From: an uncultured bacterium
GTDB taxonomy: Bacteria > Patescibacteriota > Minisyncoccia > Phycocordibacterales > UBA9973
DNA length: 64,000 nucleotides
Direction: 5' to 3'
Assembly (NCBI GenBank): GCA_903894565.1
Contig: CAITQP010000011.1
Location: forward strand, 70,515 to 134,514
Shown: in pieces, positions 47,923 to 57,062 of the stretch
Position numbering within the stretch: position 1 is the first letter of the stretch
Layout: every line of letters starts with the position of its first letter
The notes under the pieces: model-generated
The model's database searches: none
Told to the model about the DNA's origin: nothing
The model's input: only the letters and a program-made list of their open reading frames with translations
Program-made: the position numbers and the translations under genes

Positions 47923-48804
47923 TCATATTATTTTTGTTTTCAGGAAATACGTTGCGAACAGTACTTCCTGTTTTTTTTGTTCTCGCTCGGTATCGTCTTT
48001 ACTGAGCAAGGATATTACGGCAAACATGATTTGCATCCGAACACGTTCGTTTTGAAAACGCATTTCGAATACATTTTCTGTGTTTCTAGAAATTGAGATT
48101 TTTTTGACTGCGCTATTAATTAGGGCAGAATATGTCGAATCGTCTTTTCCAAGAACACATTTTTTCTTTTTTGTCTGACTCACGATGTCACGAGCGACCA
48201 CGCTGATTTGCGATTTAAAATTTGGGATCGAGGTGTTCATGAGAACTGCTTCGAAATGCGAAATTTCAATTTCATTGGCGACAAAATCACTCGCGTCACC
48301 ATCATACGGCCTCGGAATAATGTAAATATATGCTCGATACGTTTGATCGTACAGAGCAAGCGTCTGCAACGGCTCAGAAAATTTCTGAGAGCTACACACG
48401 ACAAGCGTACTCGATCCAAAAAGCTGGGTAAATCTTACCCCATGAAACGGGTTTGATGTCATTGATTCAATTGTTCCAATTGACGAATCGGGGACAATTG
48501 CGATTACAAAATATTTTCCGTCCTGAGGTCGCCGACCTAGAAACCGAAAACTATTTTGGTCGGGGAGAGCGAGCACCCCGCGTTCTGTAAAAAACAAGAA
48601 GATTTTTTTGACATTCTCGCTGTCATCATTCTTTACTTTTCGCATCATCTTCTCCATGCGAGAGATGATGGAATCGCTTTGTTGCTCAAGTTGAGCAACC
48701 TCTTTTTTCACGGGTTGCTGGCAATGGCCAATACCCGATACGAAAAAGGCGATTATTATTATAATAATTATAATAATCGTGAATTTAACTGTTCTTTTTT
48801 TCAT
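47923..48804 (-). CDS. Membrane-anchored hypothetical protein, possible degenerate paralog of 43357-44172
   Basis: MKKR followed by a poly-Ile TM; start at 48804. Confidence 0.65.
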   Translation of the reverse strand: MKKRTVKFTIIIIIIIIIAFFVSGIGHCQQPVKKEVAQLEQQSDSIISRMEKMMRKVKNDDSENVKKIFLFFTERGVLALPDQNSFRFLGRRPQDGKYFVIAIVPDSSIGTIESMTSNPFHGVRFTQLFGSSTLVVCSSQKFSEPLQTLALYDQTYRAYIYIIPRPYDGDASDFVANEIEISHFEAVLMNTSIPNFKSQISVVARDIVSQTKKKKCVLGKDDSTYSALINSAVKKISISRNTENVFEMRFQNERVRMQIMFAVISLLSKDDTEREQKKQEVLFATYFLKTKII

Positions 48805-48810
48805 ACACCG

Positions 48811-48865
48811 TTTTTTATGGTTACTCCATTCAAAGAATCTCCCGGAATCGAGTAACCATAAAAAA
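48811..48865. repeat. 16-bp inverted repeat in a divergent intergenic region
   Basis: TTTTTTATGGTTACTC ... GAGTAACCATAAAAAA. Confidence 0.8.
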
Positions 48866-48957
48866 CTATTCGCAATGAGCTTTTTTATCACAATATCACG
48901 CATATTAGAACCTGTCAAAAAGGGGAGTCGAGGCTTGTTGTGATATCGTAGAGGGAC

Positions 48958-49506
48958 ATGAGTCTCGGAGCACAAAAACTTTCGTTTGAATATACAGTAC
49001 GCTCAACACTTCGTGCACGAAATCTCCGTATCAGTGTCAAACACGATGGATCTGTTGTAATTACAAAGCCCCGATTCGTTCCAAACCTTGTCGTGCATTC
49101 GTTTGTAAAAAAACATTCGTCTTGGATCGAAGCACGCATTACGGAATTCGCATCCAAGCCAGCACCGCTACTTGGCAAACAGTCACGACGAGACTTTGTC
49201 GAGCACAAAGAGCGCGCGAGAGCGCGCGTTCACGAGCTTGTACTCAAGTGGAACAAACACTACAAACTACCGGTCAACACAATCAGCATCGGAAATCAAA
49301 AAAGTCGCTGGGGAAGTTGTTCGTCGAAAAAAAATCTTAATTTTAACTACAAAATTATATTTCTTCCGGTAGAGCTACAGGACTATATCGTTGTCCACGA
49401 GCTTTGTCATCTCAAAGAACTAAACCACTCAGAGCGATTTTGGAATCTCGTTACCGAATCAATTCCAAATCACAAGCTTCTTCGTGCCGAGCTTAAAAAA
49501 TATTAA
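48958..49506 (+). CDS. YgjP/DUF45 (M48-like) metal-dependent hydrolase
   Basis: QKSRWGSCS and YIVVHELCHL...NHS.RFW. Confidence 0.88.
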   Translation: MSLGAQKLSFEYTVRSTLRARNLRISVKHDGSVVITKPRFVPNLVVHSFVKKHSSWIEARITEFASKPAPLLGKQSRRDFVEHKERARARVHELVLKWNKHYKLPVNTISIGNQKSRWGSCSSKKNLNFNYKIIFLPVELQDYIVVHELCHLKELNHSERFWNLVTESIPNHKLLRAELKKY

Positions 49507-50744
49507 TTTGTAAGGGGAGTCGTCTGTTGGTTTATTCGCGCTCGGAGAGACACATATCCATACACAGCGGCGGCGATACAGGCGAAACCTCCGACAACAA
49601 GACCATATCGTGGACTCAACACCTGACTGACCCAGCCAATGATCGGTCCGCCGATCGGTGTTGACCCAAGGAACGCTACGGCCCAAAGCGCCATAACACG
49701 TCCTCGCATCTCAGGACTACTTTCCATTTGCAGAAGCGAATTACTGCGAGATAAGAAACTGATTGAAAAGAATCCAGTTACAATCATTGCGATAAATGCA
49801 GTCGTTAGTGTCGGCATGAATGCAACAACAAACATCGAGAGACCAAAGAGCAGTGCTGATGTATAAATCATTTTTTGCGTAATCTTTTTGAATTGCGCTG
49901 TGTAGAATCCACCGATCATTGATCCAAGCCCGATAGCTGTATTGAGGAGCGCGTACGTGCCAGCATCACCATGCAAAGTGAATTGCGCGAATAATGGCAC
50001 GACGACGGTAAATTCGTACGCGAGTGTACCAACTATAGCCATCATAATGAGCGTATCGCGGAGTGCCGGTGTCGCGCGCACATATCGAAGACCTTCACGA
50101 ACTTGTCCGCGAACAGTCTTGATGCGATCTGCGATATACAATTCATGTTCACGCATCATCACGAGCGCAATCACGACTGGAATAAACGAAATCGCATTTA
50201 CAAAAAAACATGCACCGATGCCAAGCGTTGCAATAATTATTCCAGCAATCGCGGGACCAACGACGCGAGCCAAATTCACTTGGAGCGAATTCACCGAAAC
50301 TGCATTATTCAAATGATCGGTACCAACCATTTCAGAAATGAATACCTGACGAGTCGGACTATCAACTGCGTTTACAAAACCAAGCGCGAGCGCAAGTAAT
50401 TCGATGGCCCACAAATGAGCGTTTCCGGTCAACACAAGAATCCATAGTATCAACGCCAAAAGTGCTGAAATGCTTTGAGTGACATACAGTAGTTTACGTT
50501 TGTTGAATCGATCAGCCAAAACTCCGCCCCAAGCTCCAAATATAAGCACTGGTAGAAACTGGAGGGCAGTCACAATACCCAAAGCAGTACCCGAACCAGT
50601 GATCTTGAGCACAAGCCATGATTGACCAATAACTTGCATCCAAGTACCAGATAGGGAAATCGCCTGGCTAAAAAAATACAATCGAAAATTGTATATCTTG
50701 AGCGACTTAAATGTTTTTTTACTGAAGTGTTTGAGTTTTGACAT
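49503..50744 (-). CDS. MFS transporter
   Basis: About 12 TM segments, GGVLADRF.KR and EMRGRV. Confidence 0.92.
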   Translation of the reverse strand: MSKLKHFSKKTFKSLKIYNFRLYFFSQAISLSGTWMQVIGQSWLVLKITGSGTALGIVTALQFLPVLIFGAWGGVLADRFNKRKLLYVTQSISALLALILWILVLTGNAHLWAIELLALALGFVNAVDSPTRQVFISEMVGTDHLNNAVSVNSLQVNLARVVGPAIAGIIIATLGIGACFFVNAISFIPVVIALVMMREHELYIADRIKTVRGQVREGLRYVRATPALRDTLIMMAIVGTLAYEFTVVVPLFAQFTLHGDAGTYALLNTAIGLGSMIGGFYTAQFKKITQKMIYTSALLFGLSMFVVAFMPTLTTAFIAMIVTGFFSISFLSRSNSLLQMESSPEMRGRVMALWAVAFLGSTPIGGPIIGWVSQVLSPRYGLVVGGFACIAAAVYGYVSLRARINQQTTPLTN

Positions 50745-50780
50745 CTAAATCCATCATAGCAGATATTTGAAATGAATTAA

Positions 50781-50875
50781 GTTCAGTCGAAACGCGTGAA
50801 CCACGGCCGGCCCCTCTGGTTTAACGTCGTAAAAGATATATTGTGCGACGTTAGCATAGGAGCTCCCCTGAGGGA
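50781..50875. other. GC-rich multi-hairpin intergenic element of unknown type
   Basis: Stems GTTCA/TGAAC, AACCA/TGGTT, TAACGTCG/CGACGTTA and TCCC/GGGA. Confidence 0.4.
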
Positions 50876-50880
50876 AAACG

Positions 50881-51753
50881 CTACTTTGCACAGTCATTAA
50901 AGGCTGCGACCTGTTTGTTGTATTCGATACGGAGTGCGTCTACAGATGCAAATTCTTTGGAGTATTGTTCGACGCCTTGGTTGTAAATTGTCACAATTGC
51001 GTCCATATTTTTGAATTGAGCCCTTCCCTCGTCAATTGATTTTTTGAGACCACCAAGCTTCGTTGAAAGGTTTGTGAGATCTGCTTCACCTGTATCAACC
51101 TGTGTTTTGAGATTGGTATCAATCGTCGGACAATCAGACAGCGGACGACCAAAGTGTTGCACTAAAACGGAGACCTCGTAGCCTTGGTATGTACCATGAG
51201 CCACACCAACTCCGATTTCGGTATATGTAGTGTCCAAAATATTTGCTCGATGACCTGGACTGTTCATCCAGGCCTGCACGACGTCAGCACTATCTTTAAA
51301 GTTACCAAGTGCAAGATTCTCACCAATTTTGATATATGCGTATCCCTGATCATGCACGAGATCTGTCACGCCACGACCATCCGGTGCTACGTGCTCAAAA
51401 TACTGTCGCTTTAAAATGTCGTCTGCTTTTACTTGGGCTGAAGCATCAAGCTTGGCATTCTCAGTCAAAGTTTTTTCAGATTGTTCTGTGCGCTGATTGT
51501 TTGTCTCAAAAATAATTCCAGTCACACTTATCAATGAAGCATTCGTACTTGAGTTCGTATTCGTATTTTTGGGAACAAGTTTTTGTGCGTCGATTTTGGT
51601 GAGTGGTTCAGGAAGCGTGTTGTCTGTCGCAACGTGAATCTTGGGTTGTATAAACGTATCAAAGGCAGTGCTGTTATGAAGCAATATAAAAAAACTTGTG
51701 CCGAGCACAAAGAGTATGGTGATGATATTTATAGTCGTGGTTTTCATGAGCAT
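50881..51753 (-). CDS. CAP (SCP) domain protein
   Basis: YFEH, GENLA.G, WMNSPGHRANIL and EIGVG. Confidence 0.9.
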   Translation of the reverse strand: MLMKTTTINIITILFVLGTSFFILLHNSTAFDTFIQPKIHVATDNTLPEPLTKIDAQKLVPKNTNTNSSTNASLISVTGIIFETNNQRTEQSEKTLTENAKLDASAQVKADDILKRQYFEHVAPDGRGVTDLVHDQGYAYIKIGENLALGNFKDSADVVQAWMNSPGHRANILDTTYTEIGVGVAHGTYQGYEVSVLVQHFGRPLSDCPTIDTNLKTQVDTGEADLTNLSTKLGGLKKSIDEGRAQFKNMDAIVTIYNQGVEQYSKEFASVDALRIEYNKQVAAFNDCAK

Positions 51754-52133
51754 GATGGTGCGAGTGCGTATCCGGCAGATTCTGCTTGTGCTTTCGTATC
51801 AAAGTAGACACGATTTGATTCTTTGATTTTGCTTGCACTGGCACAGTTGGCGGTATAGTATTTCTTGCCATTTTTTGAGGCTACGAATGACCCAGATTGG
51901 GTTTTTGGAGTAGATACAGGACTTCGTGAAATATCGCTTGAAATAGGGCTTATATAGGCATTTAGAGGGCACTCGATGGCAACCAACGGCTCCTTATGAG
52001 TCTCAGCTCGAGCAATGTAGCCCAAATAGAAGGAAATCCCTGCTGAAACGACCAAAACCCCAATAAATACAAGCTTCTGCCGGTGTTCCCCTACCCAACC
52101 CTTGATATTTGTTTTAAAATCATATATACTCAT
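51744..52133 (-). CDS. Membrane-anchored protein with an Ada-like metal-binding C-terminal motif
   Basis: TM followed by FVASKNGKKYY..NC....IK..NRVYF.T..QA..AGY....C. Confidence 0.75.
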   Translation of the reverse strand: MSIYDFKTNIKGWVGEHRQKLVFIGVLVVSAGISFYLGYIARAETHKEPLVAIECPLNAYISPISSDISRSPVSTPKTQSGSFVASKNGKKYYTANCASASKIKESNRVYFDTKAQAESAGYALAPSCS

Positions 52134-52162
52134 TTCTGTTATTATATAGCACAAACTGATTT

Positions 52163-52435
52163 ATGGCACATCGTAAAGCGGGAGGAACCGCCAGAAACCT
52201 AAAGGACTCAAATCCTAAATATCTCGGAACCAAGCTCTATGCAGGAGAGAAGGCACAGACTGGATCCATCATTGTACGTCAGCGCGGAACAGTGATTATG
52301 GCCGGACGCAATGTCAAAGTTGCAACAGACCATACTCTCTTTGCTCTCAAGTCTGGAACAGTTTCTTTCGCAAACAAGCGCAAAGTAAACTACGACGGCA
52401 CAAAGACCACAAAGAAAATCGTTCACGTCGACTAA
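52163..52435 (+). CDS. rpmA: 50S ribosomal protein L27
   Basis: MAHRKAGG...DS..K.LG.K, GSIIVRQRGT and DHTLFAL. Confidence 0.97.
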   Translation: MAHRKAGGTARNLKDSNPKYLGTKLYAGEKAQTGSIIVRQRGTVIMAGRNVKVATDHTLFALKSGTVSFANKRKVNYDGTKTTKKIVHVD

Positions 52436-52444
52436 TACAAAACG

Positions 52445-52505
52445 AAAAACGCCTCACTTATTTTCTGATCAGGTCACCTGATGAAAAAATAAGTGAGGCG
52501 TTTTT
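52445..52505. terminator. Long bidirectional terminator between rpmA and rplI
   Basis: AAAAACGCCTCACTTATTTT...ATCAGG-TCA-CCTGAT...AAAATAAGTGAGGCGTTTTT. Confidence 0.8.
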
Positions 52506-52513
52506 TATATTTG

Positions 52514-52957
52514 CTACGCTTTTGAAACAGTCACAACAATAGATTCCTTCATGCCCATCGCCTCGATTGAGACGGAGTATTCGCCTGTGTGTTTGATTGG
52601 CTCGGCGAGACGGATGAATTCTTCGGCGATGGTGATCTGGTGTTGCTTTTTGAGTGCCTCTGCGATGTCTTTCTGGTGGATTGCTTTAAAGAGACTTCCT
52701 TGCTCGTTGGCCTTTGCAGAAAGGGCCACACCGACACCAGAGACGGCACGGAGGTTCTTTTTGAAGAGGTCTGTTTGGACTTCTTTGACTACGCGAACCT
52801 CATTCTGAGAGCGTTCGAGTTTCTTGATAGCCTCAGGGGTCGCGATAATAGCGAAGCCTTTTGGCAAGAGGAAATTGCGGACGTATCCGTCAGGTTGTTC
52901 CTTGATTTCGTTGATATTGCCCACTTTCGGGACTTTCTTGATGAATATAACTTTCAT
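52514..52957 (-). CDS. rplI: 50S ribosomal protein L9
   Basis: MKVI....V..VG, GYVRNFLLPKG.A..AT and PIK..G.Y.V. Confidence 0.95.
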   Translation of the reverse strand: MKVIFIKKVPKVGNINEIKEQPDGYVRNFLLPKGFAIIATPEAIKKLERSQNEVRVVKEVQTDLFKKNLRAVSGVGVALSAKANEQGSLFKAIHQKDIAEALKKQHQITIAEEFIRLAEPIKHTGEYSVSIEAMGMKESIVVTVSKA

Positions 52958-52992
52958 AACAAGGTCAGTATACCTGATTTTGTGAGGTAAGA

Positions 52993-54216
52993 CTACTTCC
53001 CTGTTTTGAAGTATTCGAGGGCTCGGTTGAGCACTGGATCGACATGATTTGCGATATCTTTGTCGCTTACCGTGACTGCAATATCAGGCTTGAGGCCGTG
53101 TTCTGAAATCCATGAGCCATTTGGTGTAAGCCATTTTGCGACCGTAATTTTCATGGTTGTGTCTTTCGTGACATCGAGCACTTCTTGCACAGATCCTTTG
53201 CCGTAAGTCGTCTCACCGATAAGTGGAGCGACATTGTGTTGCTGAAGTGCCCCTGAAAGAATTTCGGATGCTGAAGCAGAGCCTTTGTCGACAAGTACGG
53301 CAACTTTGATATTTTTCATATCGAGCAAATCAAAACCTTTACTGCGGTAAATTTTTGGAGAACCATTTTTGCCAAAGTCTTCAGTCACGATTGTGTCGCC
53401 TTCGGGCAAGAAGAAACTTGCCATATCGACAGCTGAATCAAGATAACCTCCAGGGTTACCACGAAGATCGAGCACAAGCTGTTTAGAGCCACTCTTTGAA
53501 AAATCTTCGAGTGCCTTTTCCATAAGTGTTGCTGACGTCGCACTGAAACTATAGAGACTGATAACGTATACTCCATCAGGACGAAGTTTCGCGTCGATTG
53601 TTGGCACGTCAATAACATCACGTGTGACAACAACATCGTTTGGTTTCGATTTGCCTTCGCGATACATCGAGAGTGTGACAGAAGTACCCTTTGGTCCGCG
53701 AATGATCGTGACCGCTTGGTCAACAGACATATCTTCGGTCGTCTTTCCGTTTATTTTTAAAATCTTGTCTCCAGGCAAAATACCAGCTTTTTCAGCAGGT
53801 GTACCTTTGAGTGGAGCAATGACAGTCAGGACTTTGTCCTTGATTCCAACTTCCATTCCAATACCTTCAAAACTGCCACTGATGGTGTCAGAAAAATTCT
53901 TTGAATCTTGTGGTGGAAAGAATACAGAGTATGGATCGCCTGTTGATGCCACGAGGCCTTTGATTGCACCATACACACGATCCTGCGCACTGATCTTGTC
54001 AGCACCAGGAAACTTCTGATCCATGATATTCCAGACCTTCCAAAACGGAGCAAAATCCGCTTGGCTCACGACACTTGGGTTATCTTTGTTTGTAACAGCA
54101 GTTACTTGTTCTTCACTAGTACGATGATGCGAACCGGCTGAAAAACCGGTAAAAAATACTCCTGAGAGGATGAGCACGGATACCGCACCAAGAACAATTT
54201 TTGCTCGTATTTTCAT
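52993..54216 (-). CDS. C-terminal processing protease (S41, PDZ)
   Basis: DPYS, GIG, PDZ domain, LDLRGNPGG, SASASEI and GKGSVQ. Confidence 0.93.
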   Translation of the reverse strand: MKIRAKIVLGAVSVLILSGVFFTGFSAGSHHRTSEEQVTAVTNKDNPSVVSQADFAPFWKVWNIMDQKFPGADKISAQDRVYGAIKGLVASTGDPYSVFFPPQDSKNFSDTISGSFEGIGMEVGIKDKVLTVIAPLKGTPAEKAGILPGDKILKINGKTTEDMSVDQAVTIIRGPKGTSVTLSMYREGKSKPNDVVVTRDVIDVPTIDAKLRPDGVYVISLYSFSATSATLMEKALEDFSKSGSKQLVLDLRGNPGGYLDSAVDMASFFLPEGDTIVTEDFGKNGSPKIYRSKGFDLLDMKNIKVAVLVDKGSASASEILSGALQQHNVAPLIGETTYGKGSVQEVLDVTKDTTMKITVAKWLTPNGSWISEHGLKPDIAVTVSDKDIANHVDPVLNRALEYFKTGK

Positions 54217-54242
54217 AAATGTTTGTATAGTATACCGTGTTC

Positions 54243-55403
54243 TTATTGATACTGTATATAGATAGGCTGTGGAGTAAGTTTCAAGAGTTCTGCTGGAGTG
54301 AGCATTCGCTTGCTTGGCGGGAGTAAATCATTCTTGTAAAACAATTTAAATCCAGCAAATTGTACTGGTTGCGGAGTAATGACCGTGTTGTAGGTATTGA
54401 TTTTCTTTGCAGCGAAACCCCAACCATCCATGTCCATAACGAATTGCACTTCAGGAAGTGGTTTGATGAGTTTGTAATTCGTTATCATTGGCATCGTAAA
54501 GCGATGAATAACCAAAATCTTTGGAGGAAGATTATTGTCTTGCACAATCTTCGCGAGATAGTTCATCGCCCAATTGATGTCAGTAGCATCCATTGTTCCA
54601 ATAACAGAACCTGGACGCTCACTGTGCTTCATCGAAAACTCTGGATCGAGTCCGAGATGCACATCAGGCATTTTCAAATATTTTTCAAGAAGTGGAACTT
54701 CAGTCTGCACATTACTCAGAGCAACTTGAATATCAAGAAATACAATTCCATGAATCTTGTGCGCGAGCTCGAGCGCGTGATCGATCTGCGTGTCAGGCAT
54801 GCGCAAACGGTATTTGCCATCACGTCCCGAGCTTCCTTGAGCAGTAACAACAATATAGTGAATCGCCGGTATGACAGGGGTCGTCGGATCTGCGACTTTC
54901 CACACCTCAACTTCCTTATTCAATTTATCAAGCATTACGTCGGTCGGATATTGACCAAGCACGCCCATTCCTTTTGAATAAAAGTTGCCATAGTACGCAA
55001 CAATACGGTTGAACGGAAGAAGTGCTCCATAGTTAGGATACACAGTCTTCGGTGGCCAGAGTGGGGTTACTTTTGGGGTTACGAGCGTACCAGTAACGTC
55101 ATCACCACTCGCCTTCTCCGATGGAGCAACGGGTTTTGGAGCTGGATTATTTGCGATCTGAAGAAGCTTTTTGTCGTATGCGATCGTATCAAGTACTGGT
55201 TTTGGAACCGGCGGCAGGAGCGCAGGAAGTGTGACCGTCGATACATCACTTTTAAGGGTATTACTCGTTAAACCACCTTTTGTATATGCAAAATGCGTCT
55301 TTTTATATTCAAACAAAAAAAGTGATGCGACAATCGCGAGCACAAGAACTCCTCCGGTAATTGTAACTATCTGTTTCTGTTTTGGAGAGAGAGTGAATCG
55401 CAT
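54243..55403 (-). CDS. Conserved hypothetical membrane-anchored protein
   Basis: TM and Pro-rich linker, then RIVAYYG, FLDIQ, VHLGLDPEF, DMDGWG and GFKLFY. Confidence 0.75.
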   Translation of the reverse strand: MRFTLSPKQKQIVTITGGVLVLAIVASLFLFEYKKTHFAYTKGGLTSNTLKSDVSTVTLPALLPPVPKPVLDTIAYDKKLLQIANNPAPKPVAPSEKASGDDVTGTLVTPKVTPLWPPKTVYPNYGALLPFNRIVAYYGNFYSKGMGVLGQYPTDVMLDKLNKEVEVWKVADPTTPVIPAIHYIVVTAQGSSGRDGKYRLRMPDTQIDHALELAHKIHGIVFLDIQVALSNVQTEVPLLEKYLKMPDVHLGLDPEFSMKHSERPGSVIGTMDATDINWAMNYLAKIVQDNNLPPKILVIHRFTMPMITNYKLIKPLPEVQFVMDMDGWGFAAKKINTYNTVITPQPVQFAGFKLFYKNDLLPPSKRMLTPAELLKLTPQPIYIQYQ

Positions 55404-55612
55404 TATGATGTTTCGGTAAATGTCTCTGTTTTAATTTCAGCTACGTTATTTATATTGCGAACGCGAACTTGTTTCCAAATCAGGGCACTCAAATACGTAA
55501 CGGTAAGTCCGGTCGCGACAATAAGAATTGTTTTCCAAAGATCTGGAAAACCGAGGAATGGAAGAATCATTAACCACACACCCAAAATAAGCAAAACTTT
55601 TTCTTTATTCAT
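55403..55612 (-). CDS. Small two-TM hypothetical protein
   Basis: LGVWLMILPFLGFP..WK; coupled to the next gene. Confidence 0.7.
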   Translation of the reverse strand: MNKEKVLLILGVWLMILPFLGFPDLWKTILIVATGLTVTYLSALIWKQVRVRNINNVAEIKTETFTETS

Positions 55613-55636
55613 ATCAGAGTGATTATACTCGCTTCG

Positions 55637-56326
55637 TTACTTTTCGACAACGACAACAAACTCCCCTTTTTGTTTTTCTGGAGTTGTTTCGAGGATCGTG
55701 CGAAGTTCGAGTGGTGTGCCTTCGAGTACTTCTTCGAATTGTTTTGTGAGTTCACGTGCAATCCAAACATGCGCCTCTGGATACAATTCTTCGAGTTCTT
55801 TCATAAGCTTCACGATGCGATGAGAAGACTCGTAACACACTTGCGCGTCTTGGGCTTCACGCATTGCTTTGATCACCGTTTGGCGACCCTTTTTGTGTGG
55901 AAGAAAACCGAGAAATGTGAATCGTCCACCTGAGACTGGAATCACTGAAAGTGCCGTTGTGAGAGCTGATGCGCCAGGAATCGGCACGATGCGGAGCTCT
56001 GAGCCAAATCGCTTGCGAAGATAGGTGATGAGTGGTGAGCCTGGGTCGGAAATAAGCGGTGTCCCTGCATCACTCACAAGCGCGAGATTGTCACCACGTT
56101 CGAGTTTTTCAGCGATCGAATGCAATTTCGCTTCGGTCGAATGCGCGTGATAACTTTCTGTTTTCGCGTGGATATTGTGTCGCCCAAAAAGAATTTTTGT
56201 GTGACGAGTATCTTCACAAAGAACAAGCGAAACCTCGCTCAAAATACGAAGAGCTCGAAGGGTTATATCTTCGAGGTTTCCGATTGGTGTTGCAACGATA
56301 TAGAGTGTGCCGAGTTCTTTGTTCAT
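55637..56326 (-). CDS. rsmI: 16S rRNA C1402 2'-O-methyltransferase
   Basis: ATPIGNLEDITLRA, CEDTR, SDAGTP.ISDPG and ARELTK.FEE. Confidence 0.95.
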   Translation of the reverse strand: MNKELGTLYIVATPIGNLEDITLRALRILSEVSLVLCEDTRHTKILFGRHNIHAKTESYHAHSTEAKLHSIAEKLERGDNLALVSDAGTPLISDPGSPLITYLRKRFGSELRIVPIPGASALTTALSVIPVSGGRFTFLGFLPHKKGRQTVIKAMREAQDAQVCYESSHRIVKLMKELEELYPEAHVWIARELTKQFEEVLEGTPLELRTILETTPEKQKGEFVVVVEK

Positions 56327-56329
56327 AGT

Positions 56330-57061
56330 CTAAATGATGCGCATTGCGCCTGTTTTGCCGTCCCATTCATACATTACATCTTTTCTTTCTATTACGATAG
56401 TCCAACCATTTTCCCGCGCCACTTTGGCGAGCTTGGCATTCGGATTGAAACAAATGGGGTTTTCAACAATCGAGAGCATTGGAATGTCTCCTTCTGTATC
56501 CCCCACTGCATATGAGCCGAGTAGTGAAAGTCCGTGTTTTTCGGCAGCACGCTTCACTATTGCCGACTTGTCACTGATTAGTTCTTCACTGACGACGTTG
56601 CCTGTAAATTTCTCGTCACCATCAAGCTCATAAAATCGTCCATATACTTTGTCGAATCCAAGCATCGTACAAAAATCATGAAGTACGGCCCATGGTGATT
56701 GCGATACGGCAAGCAAAAAATATCCTTGCTCTTTGAGATCACGGATCAATTTGCTTGTATACAAATAGCGAATATTTTTGTCCTTTGCGTTGACGGTTTT
56801 CGCGGCTTCGTGCAGTGCTGTGTACGGCAATCCTTTCATGTGCGAAGTGAATGACTCAACCACCTTCATGATGTAGTCTTCATATGAACCTTGTCGCTCT
56901 ATCCATGCTTCCTCATATCCTTTGTAGAGTGTTCGTGCGCTCTCGGGGAAATCACCACGTCGAACAAGCTCCTCAACAAGTTTGATAAGGAGGCTCGAAC
57001 GAAAAATAGTCCCATCAATGTCAAATACTGCGACTTTTTTGGGTGTAGTGTTTGATTCCAT
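56330..57061 (-). CDS. HAD-IB family phosphatase
   Basis: FDIDGT, VS.S, K and GD.EGD.PML. Confidence 0.9.
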   Translation of the reverse strand: MESNTTPKKVAVFDIDGTIFRSSLLIKLVEELVRRGDFPESARTLYKGYEEAWIERQGSYEDYIMKVVESFTSHMKGLPYTALHEAAKTVNAKDKNIRYLYTSKLIRDLKEQGYFLLAVSQSPWAVLHDFCTMLGFDKVYGRFYELDGDEKFTGNVVSEELISDKSAIVKRAAEKHGLSLLGSYAVGDTEGDIPMLSIVENPICFNPNAKLAKVARENGWTIVIERKDVMYEWDGKTGAMRII

Positions 57062-57062
57062 A

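Noticed and set aside
48752-48778. ATT/ATA trinucleotide run
   Set aside because: It encodes the poly-Ile TM helix of the ORF and is not a separate repeat element.
17942-52435. rplU and rpmA separated by 34 kb
   Set aside because: Operon fragmentation is common in such genomes, and L27 lacks the cleavable N-terminal extension, so nothing is missing.
52493-52500. GTGAGGCG 8-mer shared between the rpmA terminator and the 71-bp repeat
   Set aside because: It is too short to distinguish from chance.
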